The notes beneath the pieces are model-generated. The model did no database searches and was not told the DNA's origin. It saw nothing but the letters and a program-made list of their open reading frames with translations. A stretch of 64,000 nt of DNA from Lingula anatina. Taxonomy: Eukaryota; Animalia; Brachiopoda. The stretch's first letter is position 1. Each line of letters opens with the position of its first letter. The translations under genes and the position numbers were made by a program. Of this stretch, positions 1-13,900 are shown in pieces. The stretch covers positions 59,870,788 through 59,934,787 of the forward strand of contig CM120640.1 of the NCBI GenBank assembly GCA_051362555.1. The letters run 5' to 3'.

Positions 1-1530
1 ACCCCACAAATGATTGTTGTGCTCGTTTTACTGTGAATATGTGAGTAGGGGCCTACTTTTTTTCTTTGAAACGGCTTTTGTACGATTATGATATTTTATT
101 TGTAAAAATGCCAAACAAAGAAATATTTTCACATTAGTAGTTAAGAAGGATAATATTTATCTGACCAGTTTGGTCAGTCACCGGTAATTTTCTTTCCTAT
201 GGCCAAACTGCGAGTCTCTGTGAATCTATGGACGTCCGGTCGCAGATAGATGGCGCTGGGTGTTAACTATCCATATGTCCGAGAATGTTGGAAACGAAGT
301 GGACTGAATGGAAAATATGTAAAGATTACTAATGAAGTAAAACAAAAAAGTAAAGACGTAAACGTTGTAATAAAAGGAGTAAGGTAAAAATGTAAAAGGG
401 CAAGCTTAACGGTTCTCTTTTTTGACAAAGTTGACGGTGAAGTAGCTTCTTTTCGAATTTACATTTTCAATACTAATTGGTCGTTACAAAATTCTTTCAA
501 ATAAAATCTTTTCGTTGTTTCTCTAATTTAACCTAGGAAGTACAAGATGTCTGTTTCTTCCCTTAAACGCTTTCATCCTTGCTGGTTCATTCATTCCAAA
601 TGCACCACCATATTTTAGTTTTCAAACTCGCTCAAGTTTGAGGCGATTCTAATGGACGAATCAGCAGGAAAACCCCGAATATAAACATCGAGCGGCGTTT
701 ACAGCTGCAACCTCGCGCTCAGTGCTGCTCTCGACCATGGTTAGGGAAGATGTGAGCCATTTTCTTTTGTTTATTTTTCCAAATCCTGCCGTCGAGCTAG
801 CGCTCGTTAGCGTTCGCATATGGAGTAATCTGATCGGGTCCATGAATGCATTCACTTCTCCACATACCACCCATGAAACAGATCGGATGACTTGCACGCA
901 GGCTCGCCTAAGCAGAGCTCCATCGGAAGTGCCCGTTGAAATGAAAATTGTACTCTTTCACAACCAGTTTATATACTTTGATAAATAAAGTTTTTTTGTT
1001 TGTATAAAAAATCTCAATTAAGTAAGTCTATTTTAAGATTTCTGGGATATGCAAAGCTACTATTTTGTTCAGATTTTAAGACATATGGGCGATGGATAAA
1101 ATTACTTAAGTTCTAAGATCCCCCATCAATTGATCTTATCTTGACAGTTAAATAATATGCTGGCTTTCATCGTGGGAAGGAGCTCTGACTCCAAAAGAAA
1201 ATTGAATGCTGAATTAGTGAAAATCATATTTAGTTGAGAAAAATATGGGGAAACGTATCTGGCATTCTTGGTTTCCATTAAGAAAATAATGTCCGATCCC
1301 ATTTCTATTACTGTGACAAGAAATAATTTGATTCACTTGGTATATAAAGTAAAATGATAAATAGGGATAAAGCACGAATTCGTGAAGTCAAACTAAAGCA
1401 TACAAAAGTTACTATTCAAATCCCTTGATCCGTCCACACTTTTCATCAACAAGCCTTATTTCCAGTGTAATTGTACATTTCATCCTGTCAAAAGAATGCA
1501 TGATTCAGTGCCGTTTGTTCCTGGCCAGCT

Positions 1531-1686
1531 TGGGTGGTCTTTCTACTTTGGTGAGCTGTTGCTAGGCAACTAATGTCGGGCTGCAGTTACATGAGCTGCC
1601 TGTGGGCTTAAGAACCAATCATCGCCGCGCTCTGCGCGCCATCAATCACGTCACCGCATTCCCGGGGGCGGGCCTTGTATGCAAAT
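1531..1686 (+). promoter_or_regulatory. patched proximal promoter module: Gli site, RFX X-box, CCAAT box, GC box, octamer
   Basis: TGGGTGGTC 1531-1539 (perfect Gli/Ci consensus); GTTGCTAGGCAAC 1558-1570 (X-box-like palindrome); CCAAT 1615-1619; GGGGCGGG 1665-1672; ATGCAAAT 1679-1686. All lie in a CpG-rich stretch 290-440 bp upstream of the ptc ATG. Confidence 0.8.
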
Positions 1687-1973
1687 AACCAACATTGTGG
1701 ATTTCGATTCAAGCTGGTCTACAGATGTTATACGAACTGTCTCGTGGATTTACGCAAAAATTCATTGCTTTATGAAGAGAAAGCGATGGAAGGCTGGTCT
1801 CATCCAGCTTTTAGACCCTCGGAGGTTCGTGGAATGTGATATTTTTGTGAATTTCTGATATTTTGAAGGGGAATTTCCGCTAATACTCCATGTGGGTCAC
1901 TCGGCTTTCTACTGGACCGCTCACAATGTCGGTGTTCAATGCGGTGTTTTCTTCGTAATTTCAGGGTACCACA

Positions 1974-4900
1974 ATGACCGTACCTACTCGGAGGGAAGCA
2001 TTTACACCGGAGGATTCAGAATTATGTACAAGAACCAGTTGGGTGGACGCTAAGACGGCGTACAAAGAGATAAAGAAGGTTAGTTGTACTGCTTAATGAG
2101 TGTGTTGGCGTCAATATGATCACAACGTTGGGGATAGCTTCACGTGTTCCTGATAAAGTGAGAGTGTTTACACAGGTCAGATAGTAAAGAATAGACGTAT
2201 TCTCGAATTGCATATAGCTTCCACTTGATAACGAGCGGAGAGAGGGTTTGTGTGCGGTATTTTGATGAATACTATCCTTGGAATTTCACATTTATATTCC
2301 TCAACGTGGGGCGGGAAGGGTGAGACCGTGGTGCACTAAGCCTTCAATACAGCAATCACTTTACCTTTCAAGACGTGTTTATTTAGTGATTTGGGTTCCT
2401 TTTACCCACTCCTTTAGGTTATGTGAAATATCCTTGACTGAAAGAAGGAAAAACAGCAATGCTTTCTTTGAACGGTTGTTTGAATAAACACGGACATATT
2501 TTGAACTGGTGGCTTAACAGATTACACTGAATACATAACAAACTTGTGTGTTCCTTTCAGTCGACATTGAGGGCATGCCGCATTGAATATTAGGTCACAA
2601 CGATTGAATTCCCCTTTATTATTCCACTACTACTGAAACTCCTATAAGGATTTGGTTACAGGACCTGATAGATATTGGAGTTAACATGAGCAGACAGTTG
2701 TGTGACGGCCACTGTAGTTATTCCCACACATATTTTAACCACAGAGTTGTATAGCCTTAAATGCTAATATTGCTACAACATGGATCTACAACTTGTATTT
2801 AAGTTTCCATTCCCTATGAAATTATTATATAGCAGAGCCTTCCTCTTCACTGAGCAGAAAGGCCACACAGACGAATGCATATCATGCTGGGTGGGTCACC
2901 TGGTTCAGCACAAAGAATGCACAGATAACATAAAGAATGGTTCTCAGTGACCAGTGCAACTAGCTGAGCCTTAAAATAGGATTAATCACAGTACACTGTA
3001 TGATATAGCCATGATCTGGTCAATTCATGATACTGGGTTAAACTTCTATGGTCAATATGTTAAGGGAGGGTTACTGAATGGCAACCAATAGTGGTTGTTC
3101 TAGTGGAATAAACCTGTTTTTATAAGCTTAAGAATACTTTGACAGAGACACTACGTAAAATGTTGTTCTTCCATTCCAAATCTAAAAAAGTACAAATTTA
3201 GATTAAGAACATTTGAGCATTTAGTCACAAATGTGTTTTTTTTTCAAATTCTTTGATGTTTTTGGTCTATATACATGTTATGTAATCCAAGGGACCAAGC
3301 GGTAAGCATTTCTAAAATTTGTTTTCTGTAAACTGTTCTTCATCCTCCCACCTGCTGTCCAAACTGACTTTCATGTAGTGGACACATGGTCTATTTCACT
3401 GGGAACATTAACCACAGAGTTGCAGTTCATTCTCTACTGAAGAAATTAACCATAAACTCCGTTCCTCTGGCTCTGTTTACATCAGGAGCAATGGAGAGTA
3501 ATTCAAGAGTTTGCAAATGTATAAACAATGGACCATCAAAGTGAAGTGACCGAAGAACGGTTAGGAAAGGAGAGTAAAGGCAATGACCAGCTGTAGCACA
3601 TGTAAAAAGAAAATAATCTTACTTTTGACCCCAAGTTATGGAAATGGCTTTGGTCAAATAATGCATTTGAACCTGTAATGAATAGCAACAAGATAAATAG
3701 CTACATATGCTGTAAAGAACTTTCATGCAGCATTATTATTTTGGAGGAAAAGAAGAGAAAGCTTAGAAAAGCTTAATTTTCATACATAGAATATTAAAAG
3801 TATTGTTTTAAAAGGTTTCTTAGATTTTTTTCCCAGTTTTGTGGATTTTATTTAGTCTTTTTGTTTAAAATAAGTGCTCTTGCTGACCAGCACAAGTAAC
3901 TGATGGGGTGCCTATTCACATGTAATGCTTCACCTAAGATTTGGTTAAAGTCAGTTTCTGAATTATATACGACTGACAAAGGTTTGAATTTTCACCTTCT
4001 CACAATAATTTTCGAGATTTACTTAGGTTCACTGTTATTTAATTTATTGTCCCTTTTCTAAAATTATATATTATATCTGTATCTATCTATCTATAGATTT
4101 ATATGTCTTACTGACAGTTTTCTTTTCTCTATCTGTTTCAGGGCAAAGCCAGTGGGAATACTTGTGCATTATGGTTAAGGTGGCATTTACAAAAACAATT
4201 ATTCAATCTTGGATGTTTTATTGAAAGACACTGTGGAAAAGTACTCTTTGTTGGATTATTATTACTATGTTTATGCTGTATTGGACTCAAAACTGCTACA
4301 ATAGAGACCAATGTGGAAAAACTTTGGGTGGAAGGTAAGTACAAAGGCATGGACTTGTGTCTTTACAGGAGTAGAAGTCTATTGCTTATATTATAAAAGC
4401 ATAGTTAACCTATAATAGTTTTCCAGTCAAGTTACAAAGATGGCTTCCATATTTGAAAATGGCCACCACCTCTACCAGCAGGGGATAGGTCAGGTAGCTG
4501 GCAATAAGTGCAAATTCCAAACCAGTTCACACAAACTATCCAATTCCAGCTTGACCCATATTATCAAGGAAATTGGATGGTTCCAACTGGAAAGAAAACT
4601 GCATGTGATGATGAGAGTAACACCAGAGTCCAGAACTTTGATCAGATACCTTAGTCAAAACTGAGACCTTGCAAATTAAGGCTCCTTAAACTTGATTGGT
4701 TTTATAATTTCATGACTATGATTCTTTCACCCTGCATGGTCACAGCATAAACCTTCTGGCAAATTGCTTCTTTTATTTTGATTGTGTCTCAAACCTTAAA
4801 GAGAAAGAGGCTATTTCAAGGTGTTTGCAGAGCAAAATAAGTTCTCTGGTGGTCTGGTGTCTATTTAAAGTAAGATCTTATTTAGAATGATGCTTTTTTT

Positions 4901-7900
4901 CAGTATATGGATTGACTTGTTGGTTGCAAATTCAGACTTTTACGTAACTCTGCACCCAGCAAGTCAGTTTACATATAATCTTGCCCATTTCCCAGTGCCA
5001 CAGTGGTGGTGTGAGGGGAAGTGAGGAAATTCATAATCAGCAGGCAGGTTTAGTTGGTTGGAAAATAATCCAATCCAGGTCTGGTTTCTCAGCATTCTCC
5101 TGCACTCTGCATGTCATTCTGCTTATTTTGGCCTCAACATGGTTTACCTTCTGTACTCGGCCATGACTTGTTGGGATTGACATTTCCCAACTGTGGCCGG
5201 TGTATGGGGTGCATAGGCACTGATTTGTGCTACTGGCACTTGTCACCTGTTAGGCCCCAGTATATTTTCCCTAACAGTTTTATTTACTCTCTTATCAATC
5301 TGGATTTCTGAAAACTTTCAAGCAATTAAAATCTGGTTGTTGAATTGTTATGTTATAGTATTGGTTTTGAATAGAAAGATTGTGAAGTATGGATAGATTA
5401 GATTTCATTGAAGGTGTGATGTGTGATATATGGAACTTTTCATGTGGGTTGGTTTTAGCATGGAAATTGGAAGTTTTAAGCCTTTTTGCAACAAAGGCTT
5501 AAGGAAAACTAGGTTTTGCCTACTACCTTATGGCAGCTATATATTTACATATACCCTGGCATGTAGTTGGTCATGCATGAATACATGACCTTCACTGGTA
5601 ATGAGGCTTCTTGTGTGGTCCATTGAAAAACACCACAGAAGACCTCATTGTACTTGTGTGTTTACTGGGAGACTGTGGTAACTATATAAGTGATGGTCTG
5701 GTACCTTTCAGTTGTCATCTTTCTGTGAGCTGTTATTACCTTGATGAAACATGTTGTAAATTTTATATTTGACACTGGCTGGATGTTATTATTGGATTTA
5801 AATGAAAGCGCTATGACAGGACTGAAAATTAACATTAGATTTTCTTACTGAAGAATTACAATTTTGTTTTATTTTCTTGTTTGCAAAATGTGAGGTAGGT
5901 TACCTATGTCTCTCTCAGTTTAATCTAATTAGTGCATTTGAGAAAACATCAAAGGCCAGGTTGTTATTTTTCCGACAGGACCCCCTCTGAACTGCTGGCT
6001 TGGGTATCTGGCTGAGGTCCTGTAAAATCAGTAGAATAACACATACAAATGCCACTATTTGATGTGTAGTAAAAGTGGTATTTATAGGGCAGCTTAGGAT
6101 GTCGACTCTGAGGATGATAAGCACTTGAAGTAGAGGTTGTGCATAGTATATTTGTTTACTGATGTTATTATGGACCATTTGAGCGATTGTGAGGTGCCTA
6201 ATCCTGTTGACTTTAATCCAAATGTCAACAGTTTAATCTACAGTACAGCTCTCTTTCAGCTACTTCCCTTTTTAAAATATTATTACAATTATTTAGACAA
6301 ATATACATGGATTATTAAAGGTGTTCAGGGGAAATAAAGAAGTTCTTTCTGTAATTTTCTTTAGATACTTGAACATATTGTTAGACCTTGTTTTTTTTTT
6401 TTTTTAACTTAAAGCTTAATCTTGACTTTTTCAGTTATTCACAGCTTAGTTTAATTTTTTATATCCTCCTGGGTGTAATCTATAGCTGGGTATACACAGG
6501 ACCAAAACATTTGAAATTTAAACATGGCTGCCATGATTGTGGTCCCCCCAGTGAGCAGGCTATATGGGTTTGAATGCAAGCTGACCTCTCCTATACTTAC
6601 CACTTTGATCTTGAGCTCTGAATTGAAAACTGTATTGTGCAAGAGGCAACAATGACAACAAAGGAACAGAAATCTGGCTTCCAGTAGGGTCCAATTCCCC
6701 TCACACAAAGTGACCTCTTTATAGCAAAATGATTTGCTTCCAAATTACGAGTGTATTTGTTGAAAAGTCTGAGATGGCAGCTGGCAAGGAAAGGAGGAAC
6801 TCTGTAATAAAAGTCTGCCTGATCATTATGAAATTGATAAATTCTTACATAATGAACCCAATGTGAGAAAAATAATACAGAGCATAGAAGGGCAATAATT
6901 GTACAGTTGATTAGATGAAAAAAGGTCACATTGGGATTAATAAGGAAATTGTTAGAAAATTTGGAGCCTCCTTAATATTAGTATGCTCTTATTTTAAATA
7001 GGCATGGTCTTGGTTAAGCACATGCCTGAATTGGTACAGTAAAGAGGTGAAAGTTTTGAAATCTCATTTTACGACAGTGTTCTATTCATTATAAACTGTG
7101 GCAATATGAGGCCAAGCATAAATTTTCCACACTACGACTTCACCTGCTTCTGCATAAGATAAATTCCCAATACTTTCGTCTTGTTAAGCTATCTAATGAT
7201 ACCACACATGGCTTAATCACTACTTGAAATGGGATTTCCATTCTGGATTTGTGAACTGCAGGCTGGGTGGCACAGGACTACCTGGTAGGGCAGGGGCTTT
7301 AGGGCTAGACTGAAAAATTGATGATACTTTTTTCTGAAAATTTACTTCTCCAATTTCCTATATTTACAGCAAACATGAACATATTTTGTCATAAAGGTAA
7401 GCAAATTGTGAGATAAAATTGATGTGTCAGTTTTTTTCCCTGTTGAAGAGGGTGTCCAGGGAGGTGTTAAGGTTAGATGAATGGCCACCATGATGAGAGC
7501 GATTTACATGTGGCACAAGTTACACCTCTCAGATAGTGATTCATGTACAGTCTGCTGCTGCTGGAGATGTCTTATGTTCACTTTAAAAATTAAGGATCTT
7601 TGTGTTCAGGTTTTATCTAGGAATTGAAAATAAAGTTATATAGTTGAATGCTGACTGTAAAAATGAATACTTTATTTTCATTGAATAATTATGCAAGGTA
7701 TTGGCATTGGCAACATTATATATATAAAAAGAATTTGAGAAAAAAGACAAAAAAGACAGATGGATGCCTTTCTCTACAGAAAGTCAGCAAAGTATTTCCC
7801 ATGATATGTTTCCAGTAGGTTGTGTGACAATAAACTAGCAATATGTCAGTATCTTCCACTCATAAAATGTAAGGTAGTGTGGTAAAGTGGCTGTCCTGGT

Positions 7901-10900
7901 GGCAGTGGGACCCAGGCCAGGGCTGCCAGCACTGTGTGGTCTGCAGTTTGTCATGTCACACTATACAGGCCTGAAATATGAAGGCTGTTTTCAGAATCCT
8001 GGAAGAAAAAAATATTAATGAAGACCATATGTTGATGTAGAAAGGCCATTAAGTGAAGGCATTAGGCATTCCTGAAATTGTATATCAGGTTTATGGTCTT
8101 CATAGAATTTGTCAACAAAAACCCATAATGTAATGACTTATAAAAAGTGTTGATTTAGAGAGTAAATTTAGACATGTTCTCCATTACATGAGAATGTGAA
8201 AATACATGTATTATTTAAAGATCTAATATGTTGTTATGTTGTAGTGTAACCACTCTTTGTAGGGGATATTAAAAAAAAGAAGAAAAAAAAAACAATTAGC
8301 AATATTCTTCTGTACATTTTAATTCCTGCAATCATTAAAATCTTGTGAAAATGACAATAAGGTATTATATTTGTATAGTTCTCTGACTGGTTATTATCAA
8401 CACATTGGCTGTTAAAAAAAAACAGTGAGGACCTTAAAGGTCAAAAGATTAAGTGTTTAAGTGAAACAAAGTTAAAGAATTTTTTTTTTTGATTGAGAAG
8501 TATGCTGAAAATGAATATGGTAATTATGGTTTTATAATGGCAAGGAGTATATAATCAGATTAAAAGATAGAGACAAAATCAATTATGGAAAAGTATTGAA
8601 GTAAAGCTTGGGTGAGAAGCAATGCTGAGATAAACCAGAATAAATGGTTTAAAAAATTCCATTTTCTGCACCAAAATTGCCTCTGTGCATCCTGACATTC
8701 TTTATGTCTGCCAAGGCAGGGCAGGCCAGGCTGGGTATCAGATGAAAGATAATGGCCAGCTTTGAATCCAACTTTATCTGCCTGTGATGTCACATATCTA
8801 GGTGGTCTGATCAATATGATGAGGGTCTGACTTACTATTCATACACTGCTACACAGAAGGCTCGGTATACAGGGTTCTAGGCCCAGATTAAAAAGGTTTG
8901 ACCTTAACTATGTAGATGTATGGTCTTTCCAAGCACTTCAGGAAGTACTATTAAAAACATTATGGATCTGAACAAGGTATATTAAAGTTACTTGGCATTT
9001 AAAAAGCGAAGTGTTTTAACACTTGCTGCATTTTTCTTACTTATTTATATTCATGCATATGTGAAATAAAACATACTCAAAAAAATCATTATGTACAGGA
9101 TCTCCATGGTATATCCAAACTCTCTCAGTCAAAGCAAGGTGTTTCTCTTGGGAATTGTGGCTTAAAATTTGGGAGGGGGAATAAATCCCCAGTCTGTACA
9201 TACAAAATGGACAGAAAGTATGTGTAGCCAGCCAGGCAATGTACAGGATGTGGAATCCCTCAAGTTGTCAAGGGAGAGATGCTAAGTTCATTAACTTTAT
9301 AGCCTGCAGTCTAGGGGGGCTTGACTTGGGTTTTCATCATTTCTCAAGTGATGCAGTCCCGGATGGGCACTGGGGTTTAGGACAGTATTCTCCAGAATTC
9401 TGTTACCACTCTGGTATGGGTTCTTTGTACTTAATGTGTGGCACTGGCAGGGTACCAAATATCTGGCTCATTGGAACTGTAGGACCTGCTTCCTTTAGGA
9501 AAAAAATTACTCTGATTTAGAGTTGATTTAAAACTAGCTGTGTTTATTTTTGGCTTCAAAATCATTTTACTGTCAAAATTTATTATAGAAGTTTGCCAAA
9601 AGAAGGGATGGTTAATAGGGTATAGGTTTTCATCAGGTTTTTGAAGGTTGTACAGGGATAGAGACTTGAAGAGAAAAGGCAACTGTCTTCTTATTGATTA
9701 ACAGAGGAGAGAATAGTCACAAGGTTAAAGCAGGTTTCACATAAGTCAAACATTACTACTTGTTTTGGCAGTTTGGCATGCATAAAGCAAGAGAGCTGTT
9801 AGGTGGTGAGAATGCTCTTACTGTTTTCCTTGTTAAACTGTCCATGTGTAAATCTTAGAGCATACAGAGAGAAAAAGAGAGACATTTATTTGAAAATTAC
9901 CAACTCTGGAAAAAATGATTAAAAAACTTATGGATATGAATGTCAAAGTCCAGCACAAAAGATCCTTCCCATCTTGTTGTGCTTGTAAACGCACTTCAGA
10001 GAGCAGCATCTTTCTTATAAATCATATCGAAAGTTTTCCTGTAGGCCTAATGCTTTCCATGCAGTGCCTGCGTCATGGCTGGCACATACAGACCACCTCC
10101 GAGTAGGGCAACCTCTAGCCTACAGTCATATGGAAGCCAATTTATTTATGAAATATGGGGCAATTTTCTGGAATAAGTTTGATGTGGATTTTAAAGCCTA
10201 ATCGGGGTTATTTGGAACAAATATTTGTATAAATCTGTAACCAGAGTCAGAGGAGTAAGGTCTCACCATTATTTATAGTAAATATTTGAGATCTGCTGCC
10301 CCATTCAGCTTCACAGCCCACACACAAATAGACAGCTTATTACAAGGCGCCAACTAGATATTAAGATGGTTTTCTTTCTCATTCAGTCGTGAAATTGGTG
10401 AAAAGTGCCAGAGAAGGGAGGCATTCTAATAGCATAGGCATGCAAATGTTTTACTGAATGGAAACGTGCTTTCTTACAGAAAGACCAAGAAATAGCTCTG
10501 TTTCATTAGTGACATCCAATCAACAATGTCAAAATATTTGAAAAGTCAGTTGTGATTATGTGCAACTAGGATTGATTTTAAATTGCACACTATAATTTCG
10601 TGAATGCGAAGAGTTTAAAGAAACAGAATATAGTATAAGAAACAAATTTTCCAAAGTGTGACAGTTTCCTTTCCTGTTTGTAACAATATTTTGAGTGCAA
10701 TCATTTTTCTTTTGTAGTAAATCATGTTAATATAGTTATTAAGGAATTTTAAGATAGATTTGTTAATCATTTGGAAGATATAATAATGTACTTTTTTCAA
10801 ATTGCTCAATTCACTTTACCATAATGAAATCCATATTCGATAATGTTATACTGATCATGACAAATGGGTTTCATGAAAATAACACATATTTGGTTTGTTA

Positions 10901-13900
10901 AAATCAAGTTTAGTAGCAAGCACCTTTTACTCATAATATTTTTCTACTGCCACCATGTCCAGACTAATTTGAGATTTTTATGGAATTAAAGGGCAAGACC
11001 TCCTCAGGCACACTTGACCCTATTTATTTTCATTATTTTCATCAGAGGTAGACATCTTCATTGTTAAACTGAACTTTGTCAGTCAGATGTGTCTGCCACA
11101 GTGTCTTTGCTCAAAGCAGCAATGTAATTGTGCAGTTCGAACCAGACACTTTTTTGTTTTTATATATGTTTATATATGTTTTATAAAGTGTCTTACTTCT
11201 AAAAGTTGTTCCTTATTTTTAATTTCAGAGGGAGGCCGTTTGGACCAGGAGATAGCTTACACCCAAAAACATTTAGGAGAAGGCAGTGGGATTACAAATG
11301 AAATTGTCATACAGACACCAAAGAGTGGGAAAAACATATTATCAAAAGACTCATTATTATTGCATTTACGAACAGTATTAGCAGCTACTCAGATAACTGT
11401 AGATATGTATGATATGTAAGTATACATTTGTTTTTTCATTAAACAACAAAAATTAAGATTTTTTTTGCATTTTACATGTACAATAATGCCTATACTGTTT
11501 ACAATTGACATTTTTTTTATTCGTAGCATGCCACACAGCTTTCAATTCAGTATAAGGCTTCATTCACATGCAATGTCTATTTTCTAAATTCTATTTTCTA
11601 TTTGCAGTATGTCTTATGATCACGGTCTGTGCCCTGAATATCCCGCCGCGTAATTACTGGCAGTGCGAGCCAGTTACTTATAGTAACTTATAGTAACTGG
11701 CTCGCGCTGCCAGTAATTACGCCGCGGGATATTCAGGGCACAGACCGTGATCATAAGATAACGCGAATAGAAAATAGATTTTTAGAAAATAGTAATAATT
11801 CAATCTAATAACAGCAATGCAAAATTATTCTCAAAAGGAAGGTAAAATAAGCCAAGACATTGGGGTTATTGTTAGGATGGCAGTTAGTGAGTGTACACCT
11901 TAATAAGACCTAGCACTCCAAGTCATCTAACAGGTGAATGTCTTTAATTAGCTTTGTGCTTTACAAACTAACTGAACCATTTGGGATTCCTAAAGATATT
12001 CTGCAGCTAGTGGTAGTTTCCTGAATGTTATGTTTGGAGCACTAGTAAAGACGGGGAATTCATACCTGTATAGACAAGGGAATAAAAGAAACCTTTGAGC
12101 ACAGATAAAAAATTTGATAACATTTCACATGCATAGTTGATTATCAAACTGTTTTCCCTATAGAGATCTAAATTTTGTGAATTATGTAGAGAAAGTGAAC
12201 ATCCTTCCATGCCTTAGAAATATTTTTGGGAGTGTAAAAGCTATTAAAAGATAAATTTTGTCCAATCTGCAAAAGATTCTCTTAAGTTCTGTAAGATAAC
12301 CATAAATTTAAATGTATTCCAATCCAAACAAAATGCCCCTCTTTGTGGTCAGGTCACTGGTCAGTAAGCAACATCAAAGCTTTGTCCAAATTTCTTATTG
12401 AAATCTATGCTAGTTCCAGTGTACACCTGACAGCTAGGTAAGTTTAGACAGAGATGGATTGTCTTGGGGTTAGCAGTCAGAGTGCTCTGCCAGGTATGAA
12501 GTCAGTGCAGCAGCAAGGTGGGGGGTCCAGGTGTGCACACTAATACACACACACACACACACACACCAACAGAGAATATACTGTAGATACTACTGTCTCA
12601 ACAACACGGCTTCATGTTGGGGTCTGGTGGTTTCCTCAACACATTTTGAACCAAATTAGCTGCAAGGATTTACTTGGTTCATGTCTTAACAGTTGTTTGA
12701 TTATAAGATATTCAGTACAGAATTCCCATTGTTTTCAATCTTCAATTTCTCTATGCTGAACTAGAAAAATGTAAATTTCAAATTTGTTTATTTTTATGCG
12801 TATGATAAGATTTGTGGAAGATAAGAAATAACATTTGGTACTGTTTTATCTCTTGAATAGAAACCTAAAGAAAAGATATCAAGAATTCTTGACAGCAGTA
12901 GACAAGAAGGTTATGAAGTTGATTAAAATTCAGACATGCTGTAAATTTTATGGACTAAAACAGCCAAATTCTTGATCTTTTACAGTACCTGGAGGTTTAG
13001 TGATCTGTGTAATAAACCAAGTTTTCCTTCATTTGAAGATAGCCTAGTTGATCAGGTAAGATTGCAAATTTTTATAGGAAAATATTTATTTGGAAAAAAA
13101 TTGGAAGTCAACATTAAAAATGCATTAGGTAGAATTAATGTGCCTAAAAGAAATAATTTTGTAATGAAGCCGCATGAAACACCAGAACACTTGGTTACAA
13201 AATGTTGTTTTTAAAAACCGTTCTGATGATTAAATCGGATAAATGGTTATTAAAGTGGGTGGTCTCCTGTTTGATTTACCACAGTGTTAAAAAGAAATTA
13301 GAACCAATTTGAAAGACTTTTTTCTTTTCAGATGTTAGAACCTCTGACTCCTTGTGTGATAATTAGTCCATTAGATTGTTTCTGGGAAGGTGCCAAACTT
13401 CTAGGACCAGATCATGCTGTGAATGCAGGATCGTAAGTAAAATATATATATTATTTTCCTTAAAAGGAATTGTACACAGAGTTTCATTTTTCATAGGAGT
13501 TTTTCATTCAGTGTGGTCTCATGTCACCAGAGGGTATAAAGGTATAAAGTTGAAAAATAGTAAAAAGCTTTGAACTAACTGACACAAAGAAGCAAAATTT
13601 TCTTTTTTTATCAGACAGTGAGTAAACATGACTGATTGTAATGGCAGCTCTTGGCACCTACCTTTAACAAAAATAGGGACAAATTGAAAAGATGGGGTAT
13701 TGTTATTGCAAGATCTAGTATTTCAAAGAAAAAAAGTGGGTTAAGGATTAAGTTTGAAATATGTGTGAAAATAACTTTTTCCAAACATTTTGCTCTATTT
13801 TCTGTGCTCCATATTTTAGGCATGTGCATTACAAAGAAAAAATACAATAATTGATGACAACAATATGCATTATGAAATAAGGAAAATTTTGAATTACTAT

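Noticed and set aside
661-988. Overlapping 78-aa and 88-aa ORFs upstream of ptc
   Set aside because: No recognisable domain or convincing splice structure; better explained as CpG-rich promoter or UTR sequence.
11600-11790. Long hairpin as a possible pre-miRNA
   Set aside because: The stem is too long and a second copy with TIRs and a TSD shows it is a transposon.
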